Sequence record: SRR2962707_1538
Direction: 5' to 3' (one strand)
Length of the DNA stretch: 34,580 nucleotides
Shown: piece by piece, positions 18,969 through 28,071 of the stretch
How the letters are laid out: each line of letters begins with the position of its first letter
Position numbering within the stretch: position 1 is the first letter of the stretch
Position numbers and translations under genes: made by a program
The notes under the pieces: model-generated
Told to the model about the DNA's origin: nothing
Database searches by the model: none
What the model saw: only the letters and a program-made list of their open reading frames with translations

Positions 18969-18996
18969 AAAGCCCGCTTCGTAAGAAGCGGGCTTT
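18969..18996. terminator. Bidirectional terminator between MCP and copA
   Basis: AAAGCCCGCTTC-gtaa-GAAGCGGGCTTT perfect stem. Confidence 0.8.
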
Positions 18997-19035
18997 GTGC
19001 GTTTGAGTGGGCAGCGTCAGCTTCGAGAGCTGCTG

Positions 19036-21276
19036 TCAATCGCGTGCGAAGGCCGGTTTCCATCGTGCCATAAGGGCGGAGTTAGTGACGACGCTGACAG
19101 ATGAAAACGCCATCGCAGCTCCGGCGAATACCGGCGGCAGAATGCCGAAGGCTGCCAGCGGGATGCCGACCAGATTGTAGACAAAGGCCCAGCCCAGATT
19201 CTGCCGGATGGTGCGTCTGGTTCTGGCCGCGACATCAAGGGCTGCAGGAACCAGCCGAAGGTCGGGACGCATGAGCGTGATGGCCGCAGCTTCGCGGGCC
19301 GCATCGGCACCTGTGGCCATGGCAATTCCGAGATTTGCAGCAGCCAGCGCCGGCGCATCATTCAAGCCGTCGCCGACGAATGCGACGTGGCCGCCGGTGG
19401 TTTTCATCAGCTCGCGAATAATGTCGAGTTTTTCGCCTGGAAGCAGTCCGGCTCGGACATCGGTTACGCCCGCCTCGGTGGCGATAGCGCGGGCGGTGGA
19501 TTCGTTGTCACCGGTGAGCATGACACTGGCAAGACCTCTTGCGGAAAGATCGGCCAGTGCGGCTCGTGTCTCCGGCCGGATCTGGTCGGCCAAGCGGATG
19601 ATGCCGATCAGCTGATCGCCCGCCGCGACCCAGGCCAGCGTCCCGGTTTGCTCGCGCGTGCCTGTCGCATCCGCGCCTTTAATATCAATGCCTGCTTCAG
19701 TGAGATAGCGTTCGGAGCCAACCTGCACTTTGAGCGTGCCATTCATTCCCTCCAGACCGCGACCGGGAACCGCGCGGTTCTGCTCTGCTGGCGAGATGGC
19801 GATGCCGTGCTGAGCGGCGTAGCTGAGAATGGCGCGGCCCAGCGGGTGTTCACTTCCGGTCTCGACCGATCCTGCCAAAGCCAGAAGCTCAGACGGAGTT
19901 GTGTCTCCGACCGGATAGACGCCGGCAACCTCGGGCGTTCCCATGGTCAGGGTTCCGGTCTTGTCGAATGCCACCAGCTTTATGTCTGTGGCGCGTTCGA
20001 GTGTCTCGATGTCCCTGATCAGGATGCCGGCTTTTGCTGCGGCGCCAGTGCCCGCCACAAGCGCTGTGGGCGTGGCAAGTCCCAGCGCACAAGGGCAGGC
20101 AATGACCAGAACGGCGACGGCTGAAACCATGGCGGTTTCGAAATCTGCGCCCGCCAGCATCCAGCCGGCGAATGTCAGCAAGGCGATCACGAGAATGAGC
20201 GGGACAAAGACTGCGGAAATTCTGTCGACGAGTTTCTGCACGGGTGCATGACCGGTTTGAGCTTCCTCGACCAGCCGCGTCATCCGGGCAAGGCGCGTGT
20301 CGGCGCCTGCGGCACTGACCTCGACCTCAAGCACACCGTCGGTGTTGGTGGTGCCGGTGATGACCGGATCGCCGGGCCCACGGGCAACGGGCATGCTTTC
20401 GCCGGTGACCATGGCCTCGTCAAGCGATGAGCTGCCGCTTCGGATTACGCCATCGGCAGCAACCCGCATGCCGGGCCTGATGATGATCACGTCGCCGACG
20501 GCCAAGCGTTCGACGGGGACAGTCCGGACCGACCCGCTCAGGCTTTTGAGTTCTGCGGTGTCAGGCTGCAACCGTCCGAGCGCACGCAAGGCACCGGCGG
20601 CCCCCGATTTGGCGCGCGCCTCAAGGTATTTGCCAAGCATGATGAGGGTCAGAACAACCGCGGCTGCTTCAAAATGCAGATGCGAGGCCATTGCGTCGCC
20701 ATGGCCTGAATGCGGGTCACTCCAGCCGTTGATCATCACCCACAGAGACCAGAGATAGGCAACGCCGGTGCCAAGACTGACCAGCACGGCCATGTTGGCC
20801 GATCCGCCGCGCAGCGCACCGGCGGCCTCGCGCCAGAACCGGCTACCCGATACGGCCATCACACCGGTGGCCAGAAGGGCTTGCCAGACGGGCGAAATCC
20901 AGGCGTCTCCGAGGCCGGTCATCATCGGCAGCATGCCGATGACTATGGGCAGTGTCAGAACGGCTGAAACCACGAGACGCAGCAAGGTCTGACGTTCATG
21001 AGCGCGGCGCGTGGCAGCTTGTGCCTCGTCGGCGTCGCGGTGAGCGGCAAAGTCGTTGCGGCGTAAAACCGCGCCAAAACCGGCACGCGTGATGGCTTCC
21101 GCCAGTTTCTCCGAATCAAGCCCGTCGCCTTCAATGTCGGCGCGCTCAAGCGCCAGATTGACGTGTGCTTCTGCCACGCCAGGCTGTCGGCCAAGAACCT
21201 TCTCGACGCGCGCGGAACAGCTGGCGCAGGTCATGCCTGTGATGTCGAATGTCACGTGATCTGGTTTGGCGGTCAT
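19036..21276 (-). CDS. copA: Cu(I)-translocating P1B-type ATPase
   Basis: GMTCASC metal-binding domain; TGES, CPC, DKTGT, SEHPL and GDGLND motifs; YN and MAFSS Cu+ signatures. Confidence 0.93.
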   Translation of the reverse strand: MTAKPDHVTFDITGMTCASCSARVEKVLGRQPGVAEAHVNLALERADIEGDGLDSEKLAEAITRAGFGAVLRRNDFAAHRDADEAQAATRRAHERQTLLRLVVSAVLTLPIVIGMLPMMTGLGDAWISPVWQALLATGVMAVSGSRFWREAAGALRGGSANMAVLVSLGTGVAYLWSLWVMINGWSDPHSGHGDAMASHLHFEAAAVVLTLIMLGKYLEARAKSGAAGALRALGRLQPDTAELKSLSGSVRTVPVERLAVGDVIIIRPGMRVAADGVIRSGSSSLDEAMVTGESMPVARGPGDPVITGTTNTDGVLEVEVSAAGADTRLARMTRLVEEAQTGHAPVQKLVDRISAVFVPLILVIALLTFAGWMLAGADFETAMVSAVAVLVIACPCALGLATPTALVAGTGAAAKAGILIRDIETLERATDIKLVAFDKTGTLTMGTPEVAGVYPVGDTTPSELLALAGSVETGSEHPLGRAILSYAAQHGIAISPAEQNRAVPGRGLEGMNGTLKVQVGSERYLTEAGIDIKGADATGTREQTGTLAWVAAGDQLIGIIRLADQIRPETRAALADLSARGLASVMLTGDNESTARAIATEAGVTDVRAGLLPGEKLDIIRELMKTTGGHVAFVGDGLNDAPALAAANLGIAMATGADAAREAAAITLMRPDLRLVPAALDVAARTRRTIRQNLGWAFVYNLVGIPLAAFGILPPVFAGAAMAFSSVSVVTNSALMARWKPAFARD

Positions 21277-21286
21277 CGGGTCGGTC

Positions 21287-21499
21287 TCAGGCCTTGAGGC
21301 CGGTCACGTCAAAGCCGCAATCCTCGACAGCGGCCTTGAGCGTTTCGGCAAGCTCAGGTCTGACAATGTTGGCCGTCAGTTCTCCGCTCTCGAGGTTTAC
21401 AGAGATATCTGAAACGCCTTCAACGGACAGCGCGGCCTTCTCCACGGAACGCACGCAACCTCCGCAATGCATCCCTGCTACTTGCATTGAAACAGTCAT
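21287..21499 (-). CDS. copZ: Heavy-metal-associated copper chaperone
   Basis: 70 aa with GMHCGGC; directly upstream of copA. Confidence 0.85.
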   Translation of the reverse strand: MTVSMQVAGMHCGGCVRSVEKAALSVEGVSDISVNLESGELTANIVRPELAETLKAAVEDCGFDVTGLKA

Positions 21500-21512
21500 G
21501 ATCAGGATCCTT

Positions 21513-21552
21513 CCTGCCCTTCATATGGGGAAGGGCAGGCGGACTCGTCAAG
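21513..21552 (-). promoter_or_regulatory. copZ-copA promoter with overlapping 10-bp inverted repeat
   Basis: Minus strand reads CTTGAC-N17-CCCATAT. The inverted repeat CCTGCCCTTC-N7-GAAGGGCAGG at 21513-21539 covers the -10 and reaches the RBS. Confidence 0.5.
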
Positions 21553-21599
21553 CGCTGCCGGTTGCGGTTCGCTGCAAGATCGGGGACGAGGTGGCTATC

Positions 21600-21896
21600 T
21601 CAATTGCAATAGATGGACGAAAGGGTTCGCAGCATCTGGAGGACCGGTTCGGAGTTGATCGAATAATAGACCGCCTGGGCCTCTCGCCGCGTCTTGACCA
21701 GCTGGCGTGTTCTCAGCTTGGCGAGGTGTTGCGACAGGGCTGATTGGCTCAGATCCACTTTCTCGGCGAGCGTGCCGACCTGCATTTCGCCGCTCGCGAG
21801 ATTGCAGAGAATCATCATCCGTTTTTGATTTCCCATTGCCGACAGGAGGTCAGCAGCTTCTTCCGAGTGATTTTCCAAACGATGTGCATCAATCAT
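21600..21896 (-). CDS. ArsR/SmtB-family regulator, NolR/BigR/SqrR-like
   Basis: AADLLSAMGNQKRMMILC...LSQSALSQHLAKLR...RREAQAVYY...IYC; 98 aa from ATG 21896. Confidence 0.87.
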   Translation of the reverse strand: MIDAHRLENHSEEAADLLSAMGNQKRMMILCNLASGEMQVGTLAEKVDLSQSALSQHLAKLRTRQLVKTRREAQAVYYSINSEPVLQMLRTLSSIYCN

Positions 21897-22013
21897 GGCT
21901 ATCTTCCGTGGTCTTCCCCCGCCCAAGGCGGTCCTCAATAAATCAACATATGCTCAAAAAAAGACGTCGCTTATATTTCAACCATAAAGGGGTCAATGTA
22001 CACCCCTATTTTT

Positions 22014-22760
22014 TCATAGTGTACGCGAGAGTTCGGTTATTTTTACACGCAAGCCGGAAGCATGTTCAAGAGGGGTGTCGAATTCGATGCGCAACAGTTG
22101 ATCCCCCTTGGCGAGGTCGATGCCCGCGCAGTCAATTCCGCATATTTTCCAACCATTTGTCTTGGATTTTCCGTGGATCCTGGCGTAGGTGTCGACCGCA
22201 TCCGGATGGTCAGTGTTCATGTGGGCGATGGCTTCCGCCTCGATTTCTTCCAGATCACTGATCGCTGGCGATGTGATGAGAAGATCCGAAGCCTCCAGCA
22301 CGAAGGCTCTGCCAAAGCCGCCATTCAGGCTGGCTGATTCGGGCACCATTCGGAAAAATGCGAAATCAGGAAAGTCGGCATAGAGCGCTGCCTTGGGGTG
22401 TCTTGCGATAAAACGTGCGCGCAGGCGCGCATGGTCGGGATCATCGCGGGCAACGCGGGCCGCCTTGGTCCGCACAGTGATTCGCGGATGAGCGAGGGGG
22501 TCGCCCTTGCCGGGTTCTCCAAACAGCAGCGACGCGCGGGGATCCGCAACAAGAGCGTTGGTGTGAACCGAGAGGGCCGAGACCAGGATCAGCGGTGTTC
22601 CATCCACATCGATCCCTGTCAGGACCCTGCTGGTGAACGGAAAGCCTGTGCCGGGTTCAATCACGCCGATAGCGGCGAAGCGCGCCCCGCGGATCAGTCG
22701 GCGCGCCAGACGGCGCGCCTCCTCATCCGTGTCGCGAATGGTTTTGACGGGTTCTTTCAT
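22014..22760 (-). CDS. HugZ/pyridoxamine 5'-phosphate oxidase-like split-barrel protein with DUF2470-like C-terminus
   Basis: GKGDPLAHPRIT, HPKAALYADFPDF, LNGGFGRA and AIAHMNTDH motifs. Start trimmed to MKEP at 22760. Confidence 0.85.
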   Translation of the reverse strand: MKEPVKTIRDTDEEARRLARRLIRGARFAAIGVIEPGTGFPFTSRVLTGIDVDGTPLILVSALSVHTNALVADPRASLLFGEPGKGDPLAHPRITVRTKAARVARDDPDHARLRARFIARHPKAALYADFPDFAFFRMVPESASLNGGFGRAFVLEASDLLITSPAISDLEEIEAEAIAHMNTDHPDAVDTYARIHGKSKTNGWKICGIDCAGIDLAKGDQLLRIEFDTPLEHASGLRVKITELSRTL

Positions 22761-22776
22761 CGAAATCGAAAGCTCC

Positions 22777-23538
22777 TTACTTCGGAGCCATCCGGATAGC
22801 CCCGTCGAGGCGGATGGTTTCGCCGTTGAGCATGACATTGTCGATGATGTGCATGGCGAGACTGGCGTATTCTTCCGGCTGCCCGAGACGCGACGGGAAC
22901 GGCACGGATGCGCCGAGGCTGTCCTGCACTTCCTGGGGCATGCCCAGCAGCATGGGCGTGGCAAAGATGCCCGGCGCGATGGTCATCACACGAATGCCGA
23001 AACGGGCAATTTCGCGGGCGATTGGCAGGGCCATGGCGTGCACGCCGCCCTTGGAGGCCGAGTAGGCTGCCTGACCGATCTGACCGTCAAACGCTGCGAC
23101 CGAAGCGGTCGAAATCACCACGCCGCGCTCACCATCAGCAAGCGGCTCGAGCTTGGAAGCCCGATCGGCGAACAGTCGCAGCATGTTGAAGCTGCCGATC
23201 AGGTTGACCTCGATGACCTTGCGGAACACCTCGAGATCGTGCGGGCCTTCGCGACCGACAACGCGAACGGCCGGTGCTATGCCGGCGCAATTGATCAGGA
23301 TCCGGGTTTCGCCATAGGTTTCAGCTGCCTGGGCGAGTGCGGCTTCGGCTGCAGCGGCATTGGAGACGTCGCAGGCGATGGCCTTGCCACCGATTTCGGC
23401 AGCCACTTTTTCGGCCTGCTCGAGGTTCACATCCAGCAGCGAAACCTTCGCGCCAGCCTTTGCCAATGCCCGTGCGGTCGCCGCACCGAGGCCTGAGCCT
23501 CCACCGGTTACAATGGCGGCTTTGCCCTTAACGTCCAT
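22777..23538 (-). CDS. 3-hydroxyacyl-CoA dehydrogenase type II (HSD10-like SDR)
   Basis: TGGGSGLG, NCAGI, AFDGQIGQAAYSASKGG and NGETIRLDGAIRM motifs. Confidence 0.9.
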   Translation of the reverse strand: MDVKGKAAIVTGGGSGLGAATARALAKAGAKVSLLDVNLEQAEKVAAEIGGKAIACDVSNAAAAEAALAQAAETYGETRILINCAGIAPAVRVVGREGPHDLEVFRKVIEVNLIGSFNMLRLFADRASKLEPLADGERGVVISTASVAAFDGQIGQAAYSASKGGVHAMALPIAREIARFGIRVMTIAPGIFATPMLLGMPQEVQDSLGASVPFPSRLGQPEEYASLAMHIIDNVMLNGETIRLDGAIRMAPK

Positions 23539-23588
23539 ATTCCGATCTCCTCGAATGCACTATTCTGGTTGTCTGGTTTTCATCAGTC

Positions 23589-24650
23589 TCAGCGGCGATG
23601 CCGGGTCAGACCGCGGATAATATCGTCGGCTGTGATGGAGCCTGTCACCGCGCCTTTGTCAATAACGCCGATCGTCCCGTTGCGCCGCGCAAGGGCCTCC
23701 ATGACCTCTTCCAGCGGTGTGTCGGGTTTGACAGAGGCCGAGAGCGGCGATTGGCCGCGTAGGGCATCGGGCTTGCCCGGCGTCATGACGTCGCGGGCCG
23801 TCAGCATGGCAATCGGGTTCATGTTGGCGACAAAATCGGCGACGTAGCGGTTTTCCGGCGAGTTGACGATTTCGCGCGGGGTGCCGCACTGGATGATCCG
23901 TCCGCCTTCCATGATGGCGATGCGGTTGCCAAGCTTCATGGCTTCATCAAGGTCGTGGCTGACGAAGACAATGGTCTTGCCCAGACGGGTCTGGAGTTCG
24001 AGCAGCTCGTCCTGCAGCCTTGTCCGGATTAGCGGGTCGAGGGCTGAAAACGGCTCGTCCATCAGCAGGATCGGCGCGCCGGTGGCGAAAGCGCGGGCGA
24101 GGCCGACGCGCTGCTGCATGCCGCCGGAGAGTTCCGCGACCATCCGCTCTGACCAGTCTGACAACCCAACAAGTTCCAGCTGTTCTGCGACCCGCCGCTC
24201 GCGTTCCTTTTTGGGGACGCCTGAGATTTCCAGGCCGAAGCCGACATTGTCAGCGACCGACCGCCAGGGCAGCAGGCCGAATTGCTGGAACACCATCGAC
24301 ACGGTGTCCATGCGCAACTGCTTGAGCTGCTTGTCGTCGCAAGCGCCAACGTCGAAGGTTTCGTCTCCGCATTCGACCGTCAGGGTTCCGCGGCTGATCG
24401 GATTGAGCCGGTTGATGGCGCGCAGAAGGGTGGATTTGCCCGACCCCGACAATCCCATCAGGACGAGGATTTCGCCCTCGTTGATGTCGACGGTGCAATC
24501 GTGCACGCCGAGCACATCACCGGTTATTTCCTGGATCTCGGTGCGGGATTTACCTGCATCGGCCAGCGCCAGGCTTTCGGCGGTGTTGTCGCCAAAGATG
24601 ATGGAGACATTGTCAATGCGGACCGAGCCGCGATCAGCAGCAAGGCTCAT
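23589..24650 (-). CDS. choV: Choline ABC transporter ATP-binding protein
   Basis: GLSGSGKS, LSGGMQQRVGLARAF and DEPFSALDPLIR motifs; CBS-like tail. Confidence 0.88.
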   Translation of the reverse strand: MSLAADRGSVRIDNVSIIFGDNTAESLALADAGKSRTEIQEITGDVLGVHDCTVDINEGEILVLMGLSGSGKSTLLRAINRLNPISRGTLTVECGDETFDVGACDDKQLKQLRMDTVSMVFQQFGLLPWRSVADNVGFGLEISGVPKKERERRVAEQLELVGLSDWSERMVAELSGGMQQRVGLARAFATGAPILLMDEPFSALDPLIRTRLQDELLELQTRLGKTIVFVSHDLDEAMKLGNRIAIMEGGRIIQCGTPREIVNSPENRYVADFVANMNPIAMLTARDVMTPGKPDALRGQSPLSASVKPDTPLEEVMEALARRNGTIGVIDKGAVTGSITADDIIRGLTRHRR

Positions 24651-25501
24651 GATGTGGCTCCAATGCGGACGCGGCAGATCCGGTCGAGGATGATGGCGAG
24701 AATGACGATCGCAATACCGGCTTCAAGGCCGAGCGGGATGTTGACGGTGTTCAACGCGCGAACCACCGGTTTGCCAAGGCCGTTGGCGCCGATCAGCGCG
24801 GCAATCACCACCATCGACAGCGACAGCATGATGCATTGGGTCAGACCCGCCATAATGGTTGGCAACGCTGCCGGGAGCTCGACTTTTCTGAGCAATTGCT
24901 GCGGCGAGGCGCCAAAGGCCATGCCGGCTTCGACCATCGGTTTGGGCACCGAGGTGATGCCCAGATAGGTCAGCCGGATCGGGGCAGGGGACGCGAAGAT
25001 GATGGTGACCAGCAGGCCTGGCGCAAGGCCGAGGCCGAACAGGATGAGCACCGGAATCAGATACACGAAGGTCGGCATCGTCTGCATCAGATCAAGGACC
25101 GGCTGCAGATAGGTGTAAAGTCTGGGCCGATGCGCCAGCCATATGCCAATCGGCACGCCGATGAGCATTGACATGAAGGCGGCCGAGATCACCAGAACCA
25201 GCGTCTCGACGGTTTCCTTCCACAGACCCTGATTGATGATGAAGACAAGGCCAAGAACGATGCCGAGCGCAAGCCGCCAGGATTTCTGGATGCGCCAGCC
25301 AATCAGTGCAATCACCAGAACAAGGATCAGCGGCGGCAGCCACAAAAGCCCGTCAATCATGCTGTCGAGAAGGAATTTGAGCGAGTCAGCGATAGCGTCG
25401 AAGGCAAACTCGAAATTGTCGGTGAGGAAATTGAAGAAGCTCTTGCCCCATTTCCCAACCGGGATTTTCCATGCGGTGATAAAATCCGCTAATCCGTCCA
25501 T
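24647..25501 (-). CDS. choW: Choline ABC transporter permease
   Basis: LDLMQTMPTFVYLIP and IMAGLTQCIMLSLSMVVIAALIG ProW-type motifs. Confidence 0.88.
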   Translation of the reverse strand: MDGLADFITAWKIPVGKWGKSFFNFLTDNFEFAFDAIADSLKFLLDSMIDGLLWLPPLILVLVIALIGWRIQKSWRLALGIVLGLVFIINQGLWKETVETLVLVISAAFMSMLIGVPIGIWLAHRPRLYTYLQPVLDLMQTMPTFVYLIPVLILFGLGLAPGLLVTIIFASPAPIRLTYLGITSVPKPMVEAGMAFGASPQQLLRKVELPAALPTIMAGLTQCIMLSLSMVVIAALIGANGLGKPVVRALNTVNIPLGLEAGIAIVILAIILDRICRVRIGATS

Positions 25502-25525
25502 GCCCTATCCCCCGGCGCACATCAC

Positions 25526-25557
25526 GATCCGGGGCCGCGTGATGGCAGCCCCGGATC
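25526..25557 (-). other. Intercistronic stem-loop after choX
   Basis: GATCCGGGGC...GCCCCGGATC inverted repeat between the binding-protein and permease genes, typical of mRNA-stabilising hairpins. Confidence 0.6.
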
Positions 25558-25576
25558 CGATTTCAAGTCTCTAGTA

Positions 25577-26506
25577 TTACATGCCCAGCTTGGCTTTGAC
25601 AGCAGCAGCTGCATCGCCACCGTCGAAGGTGGTCACACCTTCAAGCCATGGTGTCACCACGTCCGGGTTGGCCTTCAGCCAGGCCAGACCGGCATCATTG
25701 GCGTCTTCACCCTTGAGGATGTCATCCATGATCTTGTTTTCCATGGACAGCGAGAACGACAGGTTCTTGACCAGCGTTCCGACGTTCGGGCATTCGGTGG
25801 TGTAACCGGCGCGCACATTGGTGTGCACGGTGGCGGCGCCGAAGCCGGAATCGCCCATGCCGTCGAGGTAGGCAATCGACATTTCACCCATGATCGGGTG
25901 CGGGGTCCAGCCGAGGAATGCGATCCATTCTTCGTTCCTGAGGGCCTTTTCGGCCTGCGAGAGCATGCCGGCTTCCGAGCTTTCAACCAGTTCGAAACCA
26001 TCAAGGCCGTTGGCCGGATCTTCGATCATTTCAAGCACGATGCGGTTGCCGTCATTGCCCGGCTCGATGCCGTAGATCTTGCCGTCGAACTTGTCCTTGA
26101 ACTTGCCGATATCGGTCAGGCTCTTGACGCCGCCTTCAGCAACATAGGTCGGCACCACAAGGCCGTAGCCTGCCCCGTCGAGGTTCTGTGCGACGGTTTC
26201 AACGGAACCATCGTCGAGGAATGGCTGAACGTCTGCGGCCATGGAGGGCATCCAGTTGCCGAGGAAGACATCCATGTCCTTGTTCTTGAGCGACTGGTAT
26301 GTGACAGGCACGCTGAGGACCTGGACGTCCTGCTCATAGCCGAGCGCGTCGAGAACGACGCCGGCGACGGCGGTGGTGGCCTGAATGTCGGTCCATCCCA
26401 CATCAGCAAAGCGAACCACCTTACAGGATTCGGCATCTGCTGCCTGAACAGATGCGGTTCCGGCGAGCAGCATTGCTGCGAATGCGAGTGTCATTTTTTT
26501 TGTCAT
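25577..26506 (-). CDS. choX: Choline ABC transporter substrate-binding protein
   Basis: Signal peptide; CKVVRFADVGWTDI, FLGNWMPSM, YGIEPGNDGN and LGWTPHP motifs. Start trimmed to 26506. Confidence 0.9.
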   Translation of the reverse strand: MTKKMTLAFAAMLLAGTASVQAADAESCKVVRFADVGWTDIQATTAVAGVVLDALGYEQDVQVLSVPVTYQSLKNKDMDVFLGNWMPSMAADVQPFLDDGSVETVAQNLDGAGYGLVVPTYVAEGGVKSLTDIGKFKDKFDGKIYGIEPGNDGNRIVLEMIEDPANGLDGFELVESSEAGMLSQAEKALRNEEWIAFLGWTPHPIMGEMSIAYLDGMGDSGFGAATVHTNVRAGYTTECPNVGTLVKNLSFSLSMENKIMDDILKGEDANDAGLAWLKANPDVVTPWLEGVTTFDGGDAAAAVKAKLGM

Positions 26507-26747
26507 AATCGATTTCTCCCGTGTTCCGATGGCCGAAACAACCACCGTTGGGCAGCGAACTCAAGCGGCAAAGCCCCCTAAATTTTCAAGCACAGGAAAA
26601 ACGGCTGTTGAAAGCAGTTCGACAGGGGTGGAATTCGGCGGCATCGACCGGCAATAGATATTGTACCGGCGGCGCTGCGGCCGCGTGGGCATATCCGGGT
26701 TGAAAGCCGGAGAGACATCAGTACCGGCGATCAATCGGGAGCCCAGC

Positions 26748-27338
26748 GTGGCCAAGCTCTATTTCAGCTACTCAACCATGAATGCGGGCAAGTCGACGCT
26801 GTTGTTGCAGGCTTCCTACAACTACCGCGAACGCGGCATGCGAACCGTGCTGTTCATCGCAGCTTTCGATGATCGCGGAGGGGTCGGGCGCATCGCATCA
26901 CGCATCGGGCTCGACAGTGAGGCGCATACCTTCCGGCCGGAAGACAATCTCTATGAGCTTCTTGAGGGCTTGAAAGCCGATGGTGATATTGCTTGTGCTT
27001 TCGTTGATGAAGCGCAGTTCCTCACAGAACAGCAGGTCTGGCAGTTGGCACGCGTGGCCGACAGGCTGAAGATCCCGGTGATGACGTACGGTCTGCGCAC
27101 GGATTTCCGCGGCAAACTGTTTCCCGGGTCGGAGGCTCTCCTGGCGCTTGCGGATGAACTTCGCGAAGTCCGCACCATCTGCCATTGCGGGCGCAAGGCA
27201 ACAATGGTGGTCCGGATGGACGGGCAAGGCCAGGTGATCCGGGAGGGCGCCCAGATCGAAGTCGGCGGCAACGAGAAATATGTGTCGTATTGTCGCCGTC
27301 ACTGGGACGATGTGATGAATCCCGAGGCTCTGAAATAG
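26748..27338 (+). CDS. tdk: Thymidine kinase
   Basis: AKLYFSYSTMNAGKSTLLLQ, VDEAQFL, YGLRTDF, ICHCG and YVSYCRRH motifs. GTG start after GGGAG. Confidence 0.95.
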   Translation: MAKLYFSYSTMNAGKSTLLLQASYNYRERGMRTVLFIAAFDDRGGVGRIASRIGLDSEAHTFRPEDNLYELLEGLKADGDIACAFVDEAQFLTEQQVWQLARVADRLKIPVMTYGLRTDFRGKLFPGSEALLALADELREVRTICHCGRKATMVVRMDGQGQVIREGAQIEVGGNEKYVSYCRRHWDDVMNPEALK

Positions 27339-27475
27339 CAATCTTGTGCGGATTCGACGCTGTTTTTACCTGATTCTGATGTGATCGCGATGGCTTGCCT
27401 ACAAAAGTGCTGATTGCCCTCGCATTGGACTAGGTTATAACAGCGCTATCTGAATAATCCGAACGGAGACAGTCT

Positions 27476-27874
27476 ATGCGCATTTCACTTTCCATGTTGT
27501 TTGGGGCGGCAATTGCTGTTGTCGTTGCTGCTCCCACTCTCGCATTCGCCGATGGCGATGCCGTCAAGGGTGCCAAGATCTTCAAGAAATGCGGCGCTTG
27601 CCACACTGCGACTGAAGAAAAGAACAAGGTCGGCCCACACCTGGTCGGCATTATTGATCGGCCGATCGCCTCGGTTGAAGACTACAAATATTCACCGGCC
27701 ATGACCGAGCATGTGGCCGAGGTGCCGACGTGGACAGTCGAAGCGCTGGACGCTTTCCTGCGCAGCCCGAAAGGCGTGGTCAAGGGCACCAAGATGGCTT
27801 TTGTCGGCCTGAAGAAAGACAAGGATGTCGCCGACGTCATCGCTTATCTTACGGATCCTGCTGCCGCAGAATGA
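27476..27874 (+). CDS. Class I cytochrome c (c2/c550-like)
   Basis: Signal peptide, CGACH heme motif, KVGPHL and GTKMAF axial Met. Confidence 0.93.
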   Translation: MRISLSMLFGAAIAVVVAAPTLAFADGDAVKGAKIFKKCGACHTATEEKNKVGPHLVGIIDRPIASVEDYKYSPAMTEHVAEVPTWTVEALDAFLRSPKGVVKGTKMAFVGLKKDKDVADVIAYLTDPAAAE

Positions 27875-27900
27875 ATCCTGCCGGCGATGCCGATACCACA

Positions 27901-27930
27901 GGCCGTTCCTTCGGGAGCGGCCTTTTTTTT
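27901..27930 (+). terminator. Rho-independent terminator after cytochrome c
   Basis: GGCCGTTCC-ttcg-GGAGCGGCC followed by T8. Confidence 0.88.
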
Positions 27931-28071
27931 CACCTTCATCGTACCTACCTCTTGCTTCGGTAAGGTTTCCGGAGCACGCAACCAGTGCTAATAAAGCTTT
28001 GGTGTCCGGCGCTACTGGACCAGTCGTGTGAGCGTGCTTTCAGGTAACGCAGAAAAACAGGGGAATTGGAC

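Noticed and set aside
22761-22964. N-terminal extension of the HugZ-like ORF
   Set aside because: It overlaps the upstream SDR in another frame. A GGAG element precedes ATG 22760.
26507-26747. BetI operator or choline-responsive element upstream of choX
   Set aside because: No convincing palindrome was seen and there is no betI gene in the window.
14880-27338. Nucleoside hydrolase and tdk as members of the pyrimidine (RutR) regulon
   Set aside because: No RutR-like box was found upstream of either gene. Proximity alone is weak evidence.
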